Shown: piece by piece, positions 1 to 9,216 of the stretch
How positions within the stretch are numbered: the first letter of the stretch is position 1
How the letters are laid out: each line of letters opens with the position of its first letter
Source: Bacteroidales bacterium
GTDB taxonomy: Bacteria; Bacteroidota; Bacteroidia; Bacteroidales; VadinHA17
Length of the DNA stretch: 35,491 nt
Direction of reading: 5' to 3'
Assembly: GCA_015486475.1 (NCBI GenBank)
Contig: WFRO01000126.1
Coordinates: 1 to 35,491, forward strand
Notes under the pieces: model-generated
Seen by the model: the letters and a program-made list of their open reading frames with translations, nothing else
Databases searched by the model: none
What the model was told of the DNA's origin: nothing
Made by a program: the position numbers and the translations under genes

Positions 1-218
1 CCCCCGACACCAATACGGCCGTGGCCCGTACGGTGGCCCTGCCGGCAGCCATCGCCGTGCATCTTATCCTCAAAGGAAAGATCGATGTCACAGGCGTGTA
101 CCGCCCGGTGATCCCCGAAATATATAATCCTGTCCTGGAGGGGCTGGAAGAGACAGGCATCCGTCTCACCGAAGTGTATGGCCTCCCGGAAAGTGAGATG
201 CCGGCGATGAAAGCCTGA
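1..218 (+). CDS. C-terminal fragment of a saccharopine dehydrogenase-family oxidoreductase (5' end lies outside the window)
   Basis: The frame is open from the window edge (in frame with nt 3) to TGA at 216-218. The tail ARTVALPAAIAVHLILKGKIDVTGVYRPVIPEIYNPVLEGLEETGIRL resembles the conserved C-terminus of saccharopine/carboxynorspermidine dehydrogenase-type proteins. This is from memory and was not searched. Confidence 0.45.
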   Translation, partial: PDTNTAVARTVALPAAIAVHLILKGKIDVTGVYRPVIPEIYNPVLEGLEETGIRLTEVYGLPESEMPAMKA

Positions 219-261
219 ACCTGTTATCTTCAGGAAACAGATAAACCAACAGTTAATCCGC

Positions 262-295
262 AGGGGCCAAAATTTTGTGCCCCTACGGCGTTTTT
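262..295 (+). terminator. Candidate Rho-independent terminator after the partial CDS
   Basis: The stem AGGGGC (262-267) pairs with GCCCCT (279-284) around an A/T-rich loop. It is followed by ACGGCG and a T5 run (291-295), in the convergent gap between two genes. Confidence 0.4.
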
Positions 296-332
296 AGGAA
301 AAATGGGACTGTGGAGAGACGGAGGGTAAGGA

Positions 333-1046
333 TCAGAAGGCCGGGTAATACGCCTTTGTAAGATCTGTGAATTCGTCCGTGTACCCATCCCCGCGGTGGA
401 TGGTCAGGAGATCCGTCTGCAATGGCAATTTTTCTCTTCCGAATTCCAGCAACACCCTGTTGACGGGTTTCTCCGCACGGGAGCGAACCCGCAGCAGCCG
501 GTTGCAGAAAAGCCGGTGTTGCGAGGCCAGGGCAATGATCTTTGCCTCATACCTGGCCGGCAGGATCACATTGAACCGTCCCTCCTGCGACAGCAGGGAA
601 GCCCCCAGCCCGATCAGCTCCCCGTGCGTTAACGTTAACGCATGCCGGGAGGTCCTGTCACCCGGACGTTCCGGCAGCTTGTCGTCCGAAAAAAAAGGAG
701 GATTGCTTACAATTATATCAAACCGTTCTGTTACCTCTGCCTGCTCCGCAAATTCCTGCAGGCTCATACACGAGGCAACGATCCGTTCTGCCCACGGGGC
801 ATGGGTCACATTGTACCTCAGGTCTTTACAGGAACTCTCATCCGGCTCGAGGGCGGTGATCCCGGCCGGGCAACGCTGTGCCAGCATGAGCGCGATCAGG
901 CCTGTCCCCGCTCCTATGTCCAGGATCGTGCGGGCGCCTTCGCAGGAAGCCCATGCCCCCAGCAAAACACCATCCGTGGTTATGCGCATGGTCGCATGTT
1001 CCTGGCGCAGGGAAAATTGTTTGAACCGAAACAAACGATCGCTCAT
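333..1046 (-). CDS. trmN6: tRNA1(Val) (adenine37-N6)-methyltransferase (YfiC/TrmN6 family, class I SAM methyltransferase)
   Basis: 237 aa. The N-terminus FRFKQFSLRQEHATMRITTDGVLLGAWA is the typical TrmN6 signature. The SAM-binding loop ILDIGAGTGLIALMLAQR and the N6-adenine motif NPPFF are both present. Confidence 0.8.
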   Translation of the reverse strand: MSDRLFRFKQFSLRQEHATMRITTDGVLLGAWASCEGARTILDIGAGTGLIALMLAQRCPAGITALEPDESSCKDLRYNVTHAPWAERIVASCMSLQEFAEQAEVTERFDIIVSNPPFFSDDKLPERPGDRTSRHALTLTHGELIGLGASLLSQEGRFNVILPARYEAKIIALASQHRLFCNRLLRVRSRAEKPVNRVLLEFGREKLPLQTDLLTIHRGDGYTDEFTDLTKAYYPAF

Positions 1047-1064
1047 GACCTCTTCTGACGATGA

Positions 1065-1721
1065 TCAGTCATGGTACAGTTTTCCGTCTTTCATCAGCAG
1101 GCGCCGGTGTGCAATGGCCGAGAGATCCTTGTCGTGGGTGACAATGACGATGGTCTGGTCCTTCTCATCATGGATCCTCAGCAACAGTTCATGCAGCTCT
1201 TTTTTGTTCTGCGAATCCAGGTTGCCTGAGGGTTCATCGGCCAGCAGCACCGCCGGCTGGTTGATCAGGGCACGGGCCACGGCCACCCGCTGCTGTTCAC
1301 CGCCGGAGAGCTCGGAAGGCTTATGAGAAGCACGCCCTTCAAGGTTAAGGTCCTTCAGCAGGCCCATCGCCCGCTCCTCGGCCTCCCGTTTGGGTACCCC
1401 CAGGATAAAAGCGGGGATGCATACATTCTCCAGGGCCGTGAACTCAGGCAGAAGATGATGGAACTGAAAGACAAAACCAATATGCCGGTTCCGGAAACGA
1501 GCCAGCTGATTATCTTTCAGTGTTCTTACATTGACATCATCATAAAAGATATCTCCTGCATCGGGATCGTCCAGCGTGCCCAGGATCTGCAGGAAAGTGG
1601 TCTTGCCGGCTCCCGAAGCGCCGTAGATGGAGATGATCTCACCGCTCTCCACCTGAAAGTCGATGCCTTTCAGCACCTCCAGGGTGCCATATTTTTTCTT
1701 TATTCCTGATGTGCGTATCAT
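1065..1721 (-). CDS. ABC transporter ATP-binding protein, LolD/MacB/FtsE-type
   Basis: 218 aa. Walker [11 protein letters not shown]-loop, ABC signature [15 protein letters not shown], Walker [13 protein letters not shown] and an H-loop THD are present. The length and the [18 protein letters not shown] segment are typical of the LolD/MacB ATPase clade. Confidence 0.85.
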   Translation of the reverse strand: MIRTSGIKKKYGTLEVLKGIDFQVESGEIISIYGASGAGKTTFLQILGTLDDPDAGDIFYDDVNVRTLKDNQLARFRNRHIGFVFQFHHLLPEFTALENVCIPAFILGVPKREAEERAMGLLKDLNLEGRASHKPSELSGGEQQRVAVARALINQPAVLLADEPSGNLDSQNKKELHELLLRIHDEKDQTIVIVTHDKDLSAIAHRRLLMKDGKLYHD

Positions 1722-1733
1722 ATCTGTAATATT

Positions 1734-2768
1734 CTATGAACAAAATGCATTGTAAAACAGGTCCAGATGTAAGAAAGCGCCGTTGATCACCTTAAAAATG
1801 ATCGCTATATAAAGGGCATAGAGCAACAGGAGGATGGCTCCGTCCCTTCTGCTCAGCTCTCTTCCCAGGCGTCCCAGGATCACGAGCAATACCGCAATGA
1901 TGAGGAGATAGACCACATCAAACCGCAGGATCTCCCGGTTGATCTGCAAAGGATGGATAAGCGCAGTCACACCCAGGATCCCGAAAAGATTGAAAATATT
2001 GGATCCGAGGATATTGCCCACTGACATATCAGGTTCTTTCCTGATAATGGCCGTCAGGGAAGCGGTCAGCTCGGGCAGGCTGGTCCCCAGGGCCACCATA
2101 CTCAGCGAGATGACCCTCTCGTCAACGCCCATGCTCAGGGCCAGGCCAGATGCCCCCAGCACAACATAATCGGCAGCCAGTGCCAGCCCAAAGGAAGATA
2201 TCACCACCACCGTCAGTGCCACCCACCAGCGCCACCGTTTTTTTTCTTCCTCCACCGTCAGGGTACCTGCCTCTTTGGGTGATCTGATCAATAACAAGAT
2301 CACATATAGAACGATCAGACCGGTCATGACAGCCCCGTCCACCCTGGACAACCTCTCGCCCCAACAGGCCAGGGCGATAAAAATCACGGTAACCCCAAGC
2401 ATCACCAGACTGTCAATACGGAACCTGTTATCGGGGATCAGGATCGGCATGAAAAGTACGGTCAGCCCCAGCACCAAACCTATGTTGGCAATATTGGAGC
2501 CCACCACATTGCCTACGGCGATGTCGGGATGACCGGAGACTGCCGCCTTGATGCTCACCAGCAACTCGGGAGCAGACGTACCCACCGAGATCACCGTAAT
2601 GCCTATCACCAGGGGCGAGAGACGGAACACCTGTCCCAGGGCCACCCCTCCTTTGATAAGGTATTTCCCGCTGACCCACAACAGGGCCACACCGATAACA
2701 AAATAGAGAATGTTCCCCACGGTCCCGTGAGGAAAAGGATGCCACAGCATACCTGTGAGAACCATCAC
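1734..2768 (-). CDS. Ca2+/Na+ antiporter (CaCA family, YrbG-like)
   Basis: 344 aa polytopic membrane protein with the two alpha-repeat signatures [10 protein letters not shown] and [10 protein letters not shown], followed by [16 protein letters not shown] and [16 protein letters not shown]. The start is GTG at 2768 or ATG at 2765. Either start overlaps the tatA stop. Confidence 0.85.
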   Translation of the reverse strand: MMVLTGMLWHPFPHGTVGNILYFVIGVALLWVSGKYLIKGGVALGQVFRLSPLVIGITVISVGTSAPELLVSIKAAVSGHPDIAVGNVVGSNIANIGLVLGLTVLFMPILIPDNRFRIDSLVMLGVTVIFIALACWGERLSRVDGAVMTGLIVLYVILLLIRSPKEAGTLTVEEEKKRWRWWVALTVVVISSFGLALAADYVVLGASGLALSMGVDERVISLSMVALGTSLPELTASLTAIIRKEPDMSVGNILGSNIFNLFGILGVTALIHPLQINREILRFDVVYLLIIAVLLVILGRLGRELSRRDGAILLLLYALYIAIIFKVINGAFLHLDLFYNAFCS

Positions 2769-2992
2769 TTTATATCATTGAGATTGTCCCGGAGATCGTC
2801 CACATCATCAAGGATGTCAGCGGCATTGTCATTGATCTCCTTTTTGATCTCATCGGTGGCTTTTTTGAACTCTTTCATTCCCTTGCCCAGGCCCCGCGCC
2901 ACTTCAGGGATCTTATTCGCCCCGAAAAGCAGCAATACCACCACAAAAACGATGATCACCTCCTGGCCGCTAATGAATAACAGATCGCTCAT
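2765..2992 (-). CDS. tatA: Twin-arginine translocase subunit TatA/TatE
   Basis: 75 aa with a single N-terminal TM helix followed by an amphipathic helix. [32 protein letters not shown] matches the TatA consensus (LLFG..K.PE..R..G). The C-terminal tail is acidic. Confidence 0.85.
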   Translation of the reverse strand: MSDLLFISGQEVIIVFVVVLLLFGANKIPEVARGLGKGMKEFKKATDEIKKEINDNAADILDDVDDLRDNLNDIK

Positions 2993-3076
2993 CCCTGTCC
3001 TCCGTTTCTTTGCGTTGCGAAGTTAATAAAAGATCACGCACAATATTAAGATGTGCCGCATCTTTTTTATAGTAAC

Positions 3077-3101
3077 AAAAAACCCCGGTCATCTGCCGGG
3101 G
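3077..3101 (-). terminator. Rho-independent terminator downstream of secDF
   Basis: On the minus strand, CCCCGG-cagatga-CCGGGG (plus-strand stems 3083-3088 and 3096-3101) is followed directly by a T6 run (plus-strand A-run 3077-3082). It lies about 22 nt after the secDF stop. Confidence 0.7.
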
Positions 3102-3122
3102 TTCCTTGCCATACTTATTTAT

Positions 3123-6100
3123 TTATTTTTTGAGTTTCTTTTTCCTTTTGGGTGTTTTCTCCTGATGGTCCGGACCTTTATCCTTCATGGTGTCATACAC
3201 AAGCGGTGTGGCGACAAAGATGGAGGAATAAGTACCCACGAACACACCGATCAGCATGGCGAAGATGAATCCGCGGATCACCTCACCCCCGAAGAGGAAG
3301 ACGACAAGCAACACCAGGAACGTACTTAACGAGGTATTGATCGTACGGCCTATGGTGCTGTTCACGGCCGCATCCAGCACCTCTTCCTTGGCCCGTTTGG
3401 GATAGAGCCTCAGATACTCTCTGATCCTGTCATACACGACCACCGTATCGTTCACCGAATAACCGATCACGGTCAGAATAGCGGCGATGAACGACTGGTC
3501 GATCTCCATCGAGAAAGGCATGATGCCATAGAAAAGTGAGAAGGTACCCAGTACGATCAGCGAGTCATGGATCAGAGCTGCCACAGCACCGAACCCAAAA
3601 CGCCAGTTCCGGAATCGCAACATGATGTAAAGGAACATGAAGATAAGGGCCAGCAGCACCGCATACATGGCCTGTATCTTGATATCATAGGCGATCGTCG
3701 GCCCAACGGTCTGTGAACTCTGTTTGTACTTCTCCTGGAAGGTCTGGAAATCAACATTGTCGCCCAGGAAGGGTTTCAGCCCCTGGTACAGTTTCTGGTC
3801 CACAAGGTTGTCGGCCGAAGGATCATCGATCATATACTGGGTGGTGATCTTCAACTGGTCAACATTTCCGTACACCTTCACCTCCGGTACTTTCCCGAAG
3901 ACCTTGGCCAGCTCTTTCTGGACATCCTGGGTGGGATAGGCTTTGTCAAAACGCACCACATAGGTACGGCCACCCGTAAAATCGATGCCGGGGCTCAGCC
4001 CCCTTATTGTCAGAGAAACGATAGCAGTGAGGATCAGCAACCCTGAAATAACATAGGCTATCTTTCTTTTTTCAATGAACCTGAAGTTCATATTGCTGAA
4101 CGCTTTCTCCGTAAGTTTGGTCGAAAAGGTGATGACGCTGTTTTTCTTGAGCATCCTCTCGTACACCAGTCGGGTGATGAAGATAGCCGAGAAAAGGGAG
4201 GTCAGGATACCGATCACCAGGGTTGTGGCAAAGCCTTTGATCGGGCCTGTACCGAAAATATACAGGATAACCCCTGTGAAGAAAGTGGTCACGTTGGCGT
4301 CGATAATGGCTGAGTTGGCGTTCTTATACCCTTCCGCGATGGCCTTTTTGATCCCTTTGCCTGCCCGCAGCTCTTCCTTGATACGTTCATAGATCAGCAC
4401 GTTGGCATCGACGGAGGTACCCACCGTCAGCACGATACCGGCGATACCCGGGAGGGTGAGGACAGCACCCAGGGAGGCCAGCACCCCCACGATAAAGAAC
4501 ACATTCAGGAACAATGCCAGGTCAGCTACCGCACCGGCACGCGGGCTGTAATAGAACATCATGTAGAGCAACACGATGAGGAATGCGATGGCAAAGGAGG
4601 TCAGACCGGCATGGATGGCTTCTTTCCCCAGGGTAGGTCCTACGACCGCCTCCTGGATGATCTTGGCCGGCGCCGGCATCTTCCCTGACTTGAGCATGTT
4701 GGCCAGGTCCTTGGCCTCATCAATGGTGAAATCACCGGTGATCTCGGAATTCCCGCCTTTGATCTCCGAGTTGACCCGGGGAGCGGAATATACATAGTTG
4801 TCCAGGACAATGGCGATGGACCTGCCCACGTTCTCACGTGTCAGACGGGCCCACACCTTGGATCCTTCGGCGTTCATCGACATGGTCACACGTGCCTGGC
4901 CGGTATTCTGGTCAAACTCCTCCCGGGCCGAAGTGATCACCTCTCCCGTGAGAGGTGCACGACCGTCCCGTGTGGTCACTTTGAGCGCATGCAGCTCGAA
5001 AAGATTCTGTCCGGGTGCATATTTATATGGCTTGAAATGCCAGCGGAAGATCATGTTCCGCGGGAATAAGGCCCGTACCTGCTTCATCCTGAGATATCTG
5101 TTCACCACGGATGTATCGTGGGCCACAGCATATCCGATCACTGATCCGGGGACATACTTCCCGTCACGCGTGGTATTGGGCCGCAGGACGGCAAACAGGG
5201 GATTTTCTTTTTTGAAAGCTTCCAGGCTCTGTTGTTCATTTGCTTTTTTCGTAGTATCCTCCTGCAGCAGTTGCAGCAACGAGTCGGAAGCAGACACCGA
5301 ATCTTTCGATGCTGCTGCAGCTTTTTCTGCTTTCTTGCTCTGACCGCCTGCTTTCTCTGCAGAGGCAGGAGTGTTTGCCTGTGTTGTATCCCCGCTGGCG
5401 GCAAGTATATTCCGCAACAGATCATTCGCTTTTACCAGATAAGGTCCTACCTCCGAATTGTCGTAGGTCTCCCAGAACTCCAGGTTGGCGGTCTCCTGTA
5501 ACAGCTTCCGCACACGCGAAGGGTCTTTCACCCCCGGCAGCTCGATCATGATACGCCCCTGGGTGGAAAGCCTCTGGATCGTGGGCTGCACCACCCCAAA
5601 ACGGTCGATCCTGTTGGAAAGGACCAGGAATGAGTTGTCGATGGCATCCTGCACCTCTTTGTGAAGGACCTTCAGCACATCTGCATTGGTAGAATTAAAA
5701 TCGATCTTGTCCTTCAGCTCCATCGTATTGAAGATGGCCGCCAGACGGGCTCCCGGCGCGATCGTTTCAAAAGCTTTCCCAAAAAGGCTCACAAAATCCT
5801 CACTGCTACTTTTCTGGTATTCCTCGGCCAGTTTCAGGGCACGAAGGAAGGTAGTATCTTTGCTGTAATTGGAAAGCGCTTTGATGATATCAGGCACCGA
5901 AACCTCCAGGATCACGTTCATCCCCCCTTTCAGGTCAAGACCCAGGTTGATCTCTTTCTGCTGACACTCCCGGAATGTGTTGCCGAGGAAACTCCATTTA
6001 TCTTTCGGAAGACCCGCAATGGAATCCAGATAATGCAACTCTTTGTTCAGATCCCCCTGCGCATATGCCTTGGCATCCTGCTTCACCTTATAGGTCACGG

Positions 6101-6176
6101 CCGTGAAAGAGAGTTGGTAAAGACTGACAACAACCAGTGTTATTGCCAGAAAAAGAATAGCCCCTTTGTTCTGCAT
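3123..6176 (-). CDS. secDF: Fused protein-export membrane protein SecDF
   Basis: 1017 aa. The N-terminal SecD part has LGLDLKGGMNVILEV and a periplasmic head. Two 6-TM blocks carry SecD/SecF motifs (GIAGIVLTVGTSVDANVLIYERIKEE and GYSVNDTVVVYDRIRE). A single fused polypeptide is typical of Bacteroidota. Confidence 0.92.
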   Translation of the reverse strand: MQNKGAILFLAITLVVVSLYQLSFTAVTYKVKQDAKAYAQGDLNKELHYLDSIAGLPKDKWSFLGNTFRECQQKEINLGLDLKGGMNVILEVSVPDIIKALSNYSKDTTFLRALKLAEEYQKSSSEDFVSLFGKAFETIAPGARLAAIFNTMELKDKIDFNSTNADVLKVLHKEVQDAIDNSFLVLSNRIDRFGVVQPTIQRLSTQGRIMIELPGVKDPSRVRKLLQETANLEFWETYDNSEVGPYLVKANDLLRNILAASGDTTQANTPASAEKAGGQSKKAEKAAAASKDSVSASDSLLQLLQEDTTKKANEQQSLEAFKKENPLFAVLRPNTTRDGKYVPGSVIGYAVAHDTSVVNRYLRMKQVRALFPRNMIFRWHFKPYKYAPGQNLFELHALKVTTRDGRAPLTGEVITSAREEFDQNTGQARVTMSMNAEGSKVWARLTRENVGRSIAIVLDNYVYSAPRVNSEIKGGNSEITGDFTIDEAKDLANMLKSGKMPAPAKIIQEAVVGPTLGKEAIHAGLTSFAIAFLIVLLYMMFYYSPRAGAVADLALFLNVFFIVGVLASLGAVLTLPGIAGIVLTVGTSVDANVLIYERIKEELRAGKGIKKAIAEGYKNANSAIIDANVTTFFTGVILYIFGTGPIKGFATTLVIGILTSLFSAIFITRLVYERMLKKNSVITFSTKLTEKAFSNMNFRFIEKRKIAYVISGLLILTAIVSLTIRGLSPGIDFTGGRTYVVRFDKAYPTQDVQKELAKVFGKVPEVKVYGNVDQLKITTQYMIDDPSADNLVDQKLYQGLKPFLGDNVDFQTFQEKYKQSSQTVGPTIAYDIKIQAMYAVLLALIFMFLYIMLRFRNWRFGFGAVAALIHDSLIVLGTFSLFYGIMPFSMEIDQSFIAAILTVIGYSVNDTVVVYDRIREYLRLYPKRAKEEVLDAAVNSTIGRTINTSLSTFLVLLVVFLFGGEVIRGFIFAMLIGVFVGTYSSIFVATPLVYDTMKDKGPDHQEKTPKRKKKLKK

Positions 6177-6225
6177 TTTCTAGCTATTTAAAGTGTTAAT
6201 TCCTGTACTCTTGAAAAATGTCGGG

Positions 6226-6233
6226 CAAAGATA
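6226..6233 (-). promoter_or_regulatory. Candidate Bacteroidota sigma-A -7 box (TATCTTTG) for secDF
   Basis: The reverse complement of CAAAGATA is TATCTTTG, which matches the TAnnTTTG consensus. It sits about 50 nt upstream of the secDF ATG and just downstream of the tolC-like terminator. Confidence 0.4.
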
Positions 6234-6244
6234 GGATTTTTTTT

Positions 6245-6297
6245 AAAAAAAAACGGCCATTCTGCTGATAAAGGGTATTTTATGCAGAAAGTCCGTT
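6245..6297 (-). terminator. Rho-independent terminator downstream of the TolC-like gene
   Basis: On the minus strand an imperfect hairpin forms. The outer stem AACGG (6252-6256) pairs with CCGTT (6293-6297), and the inner stem TTCTGC (6260-6265) pairs with GCAGAA (6284-6289). The hairpin runs straight into a T9 tract (plus-strand A9, 6245-6253), about 29 nt after the stop. Confidence 0.55.
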
Positions 6298-6325
6298 CAT
6301 TGAGGATAAATAATTTATTACCAAA

Positions 6326-7819
6326 TCATTCTACCAGTTTCTCGAAATCCTCCGTCAGGTCCTGATCGCTGAGAAAATCATGCAGGGTGAGACGGCGCAG
6401 GCCGTAAAAATAACTCCAGTATTGCCGGAGAGCACTGATATAACCTCTGCGTGCCACATCTTTCTCCGAGTCGGCCACATTGAGATCCAGCACACTGATC
6501 TTCCCGATAAGGAAACGCTGCTTGGTCACCTTGTATCTTCTCTGGGCAATGGTATCCGCCTTGGCCGCGATCATCACCTGATCATCCTGCAGATTGAACT
6601 GAGCCACATTCAGGATCACCTCCTGGTCAAAGTCGATCTTGGCCTGTTGTATATTGGTCTTTACCACCTCCTGGTTCGACTGGGCCAGTTTATATTTTCC
6701 CTTGTTCAGGCCCCAGTCCAGAATAGGCAGGGTAAACCCCAATTGCACATGCTGCTGGTTGAGCAGATCCTGATAGGCTTCGGGGAAGGAGGGAGCCTGT
6801 TGTGTGTATCCGAACGAAGCAAAAAGGTTGGCATTGACACCCCGCTGGCGTTTGGCCTGTATCATATTACTCTGGGCCTCCAGCAACTGCCGCTGAAAAT
6901 CCAGGATATCGGGATTGTTCTTCTGTGCCAGTGCCAGCGCCTCGGAAACATTAACGGAAAGCTTGGGAATCTCGCTGGGTACCTCCAGCATTATCTTTAC
7001 GTTGTCATTGTATCCCAGAAAAGAACGCAACTGATATTCCCTGATCTGCAGATCAATACCCGCCTGGTTCAGGGCCGTTCCGGCATTCAGCAGGCTCAAC
7101 TGCATCTGCAACAGATCATCTTCAGCGATCGTCCCGATATTGTACCGGCCCTGGGCAATGCGGTAGAGGGTGTCCGAGTTGTGATAGTTCATTTTGGCGA
7201 TCTCCATGTTCATCTGCGCCAGCACAAGATTGAAAAAGAGATTGACCGCCCGCTCATTCACACGCTCTATGGCATCCAGGAAAGATTTTTTGGCCTCTTC
7301 ATACTTCAGCGGCTCGATCTTTTTTTCCCACTTCAGGGGATTGTAATTGAAAAGAGGCTGCCTGATCCCGATGCTGACCGGGGTGGTGATGTACTGCGAG
7401 TTCTTTCGTTCTCCGAACTCGTCGAAGCGGGTCAGCTGGGTATTGACAAAGACCGTACCCCCGGTAGGACCAATGTTCTGTGTCAGGGAGAGGCCCAGGG
7501 TCGAATTATTGCGGTATTTTTCCACATAATACTCCTGCCCCGTATTGAAGTCATATTCCCGCTCAAAAGCCCTGCTGAAATCCGGGATGGTAGCATTCAT
7601 GGTCAGTGCCGGCAGGTATTTCGCCTTAAAAGAACGGAACGACCAGTAATCTGCCCGGAACTGATGTTTCGCCATGATCGCCTGTGGCGATTGGTCGTGC
7701 GCCAGCTGCAGCACCTGGTCAAGGGTCAGATGAATGGTATCCTGTGCAGCCCCCGGCAGCGCCAGGAGCATTCCTGTAATAAAAAAGATCACCCGGGTAG
7801 TACGGAAAAATTCCTTCAT
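6326..7819 (-). CDS. TolC-family outer membrane efflux protein
   Basis: 497 aa with a signal peptide (LLALPGAAQD). The LTLDQVLQLA start of the OEP repeat is present, and two long coiled-coil/beta repeats are typical of outer membrane factor proteins. It is the last gene of the adaptor-permease-OMF operon. Confidence 0.85.
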   Translation of the reverse strand: MKEFFRTTRVIFFITGMLLALPGAAQDTIHLTLDQVLQLAHDQSPQAIMAKHQFRADYWSFRSFKAKYLPALTMNATIPDFSRAFEREYDFNTGQEYYVEKYRNNSTLGLSLTQNIGPTGGTVFVNTQLTRFDEFGERKNSQYITTPVSIGIRQPLFNYNPLKWEKKIEPLKYEEAKKSFLDAIERVNERAVNLFFNLVLAQMNMEIAKMNYHNSDTLYRIAQGRYNIGTIAEDDLLQMQLSLLNAGTALNQAGIDLQIREYQLRSFLGYNDNVKIMLEVPSEIPKLSVNVSEALALAQKNNPDILDFQRQLLEAQSNMIQAKRQRGVNANLFASFGYTQQAPSFPEAYQDLLNQQHVQLGFTLPILDWGLNKGKYKLAQSNQEVVKTNIQQAKIDFDQEVILNVAQFNLQDDQVMIAAKADTIAQRRYKVTKQRFLIGKISVLDLNVADSEKDVARRGYISALRQYWSYFYGLRRLTLHDFLSDQDLTEDFEKLVE

Positions 7820-7848
7820 CTCAGATCTGTTTTCAACGTAAGAGATAC

Positions 7849-9216
7849 TTATTCATAACGTAGTGACTCAATGGGGTCCCTTTCCGAAGCCCTCTTGGCC
7901 GGAGAATAGCCGAAGATCACTCCTACCGAAGCCGACACAATGAAGGCCACCAGCACGGCTCCCGGGCTGACGATGGTCAGCACCCCGGCGATACGCTCTA
8001 TCGCTTCGGCCAGGAAGATACCGAGAAAGATCCCCACCAGTCCTCCGGAGACACTGATCAGCACAGCTTCGGACAGGAACTGGATCACAATATCCTTTTT
8101 CTTGGCGCCAATGGCCATGCGCGTGCCGATCTCCTTGATCCGCTCCATCACGCTGGCAAACATGATGTTCATGATACCGATCCCTCCGACGATGAGCGAG
8201 ATACTGGCAATAGCCCCCAGGACAATGTTAAAGATGTCTTTCGTTCGCTGCTGCTGTTTCAGCAACAGCTCGGGGACCGTGATCTCATAATCGTTCACGG
8301 TCAGATGCCGCCGGTTGAACATCCTGCTCAGGATATCCGTGGTCGTCTGCAACTGTTCGCTCTCCTTCACCTGCACCACGATCCGGTCCAGCTGATTATA
8401 GTTGGAAGAGGTATTGCCATTCGCGGAGGAACTGCGCATGGCAAAGAAAAAAGGCCCGTTGATGACCGATACGTTCTGTGCCAGCTTGGAGTTCACCAGG
8501 GCCCGGTTCTGGAAACGCATCAGCATGGTCTTCACGGGAACGTAGATATTGTCATTGTAAACATTCACTCCCGTATTTTCAAAACGGGAGACATTCACAT
8601 CTGTTTTCTGTAATACCCCGATCACCTTCAGCCACACATTCCCGAACTTGATGTACTGACCCACAGGATCGGCATGGGTGAAAAATTTCGACCGGATATT
8701 GTACCCGATGATACATACCGGCACCCCGTGCTCTTCCTGGTATTTATTAAAAAAAGAGCCTTCCAGGAGGGGAAGATTATAAATGTTGAAATAGTCTCCC
8801 GCCACTCCGACGATCTTGGCCGGGGAACGTTTACCGGAGAGCATAACAAAAGAATTCAGGGATATTTCCGGGCTGACCAGATTTACCGAAGGGATGGATT
8901 TGCGTATCGCCTGGGCATCCAGCAGGGTGAGGCCGGGGGAGTACTTTTTCTTTTGTTTGTTCCCTTCATCGCTGGTTTCGTCACTGCTCCCGGCTTCGTC
9001 GGTCACCACCGGAGTGATGACAATATTGTTGACCCCCACCATTTTTATCTGTTCCAGGATCTCCTGTTTGGCCCCCTTCCCGATGGCCAGCATGCTGATC
9101 ACAGCGGCCACACCGAAGATGATGCCCAGGGCCGTCAGCACCGACCGCAGCCTGTTGGCGATCAGCGACTCGACAGCAATGACGATGTCATGATAATATC
9201 TTCCGCCCCACAACAT
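7849..9216 (-). CDS. ABC transporter permease, MacB-like (MacB periplasmic core domain + FtsX 4-TM domain, no ATPase domain)
   Basis: 455 aa. The N-terminus ESLIANRLRSVLTALGIIFGVAAVISMLAIG is the MacB/FtsX TM1 signature. A large periplasmic domain follows, then a C-terminal FtsX block (RIKEIGTRMAIGAKKKDIVIQFLSEAV). The ATG at 9216 directly abuts the adaptor gene stop (9217-9219). Confidence 0.88.
   Translation of the reverse strand: MLWGGRYYHDIVIAVESLIANRLRSVLTALGIIFGVAAVISMLAIGKGAKQEILEQIKMVGVNNIVITPVVTDEAGSSDETSDEGNKQKKKYSPGLTLLDAQAIRKSIPSVNLVSPEISLNSFVMLSGKRSPAKIVGVAGDYFNIYNLPLLEGSFFNKYQEEHGVPVCIIGYNIRSKFFTHADPVGQYIKFGNVWLKVIGVLQKTDVNVSRFENTGVNVYNDNIYVPVKTMLMRFQNRALVNSKLAQNVSVINGPFFFAMRSSSANGNTSSNYNQLDRIVVQVKESEQLQTTTDILSRMFNRRHLTVNDYEITVPELLLKQQQRTKDIFNIVLGAIASISLIVGGIGIMNIMFASVMERIKEIGTRMAIGAKKKDIVIQFLSEAVLISVSGGLVGIFLGIFLAEAIERIAGVLTIVSPGAVLVAFIVSASVGVIFGYSPAKRASERDPIESLRYE

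Noticed and set aside
5217-5402. A low-complexity Ala/Ser/Lys/Gln-rich insert in the SecDF periplasmic head (AASGDTTQANTPASAEKAGGQSKKAEKAAAASKDS...)
   Set aside because: It looks like a disordered linker in a variable region of the protein. I believe long Bacteroidota SecDF fusions commonly carry such a segment, and I saw no repeat structure or motif of interest.
6237-6253. A T8A9 palindrome between the tolC-like gene and secDF
   Set aside because: It is best explained as the U-tract of the tolC-like terminator (A9 on the plus strand) plus an A/T-rich stretch upstream of the secDF promoter. Nothing suggests a separate function.
6380-7858. Other long antisense ORFs: 367-1326, 6380-7858, 8674-9849, 21389-22729, 24582-26219, 31709-32491 and 32924-33940
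   Set aside because: The explanation is the same, checked for 6380-7858 and 24582-26219. They are codon-aligned mirror frames of confidently assigned genes and have low-complexity H/R/Q/P/G-rich translations with no recognisable motifs.
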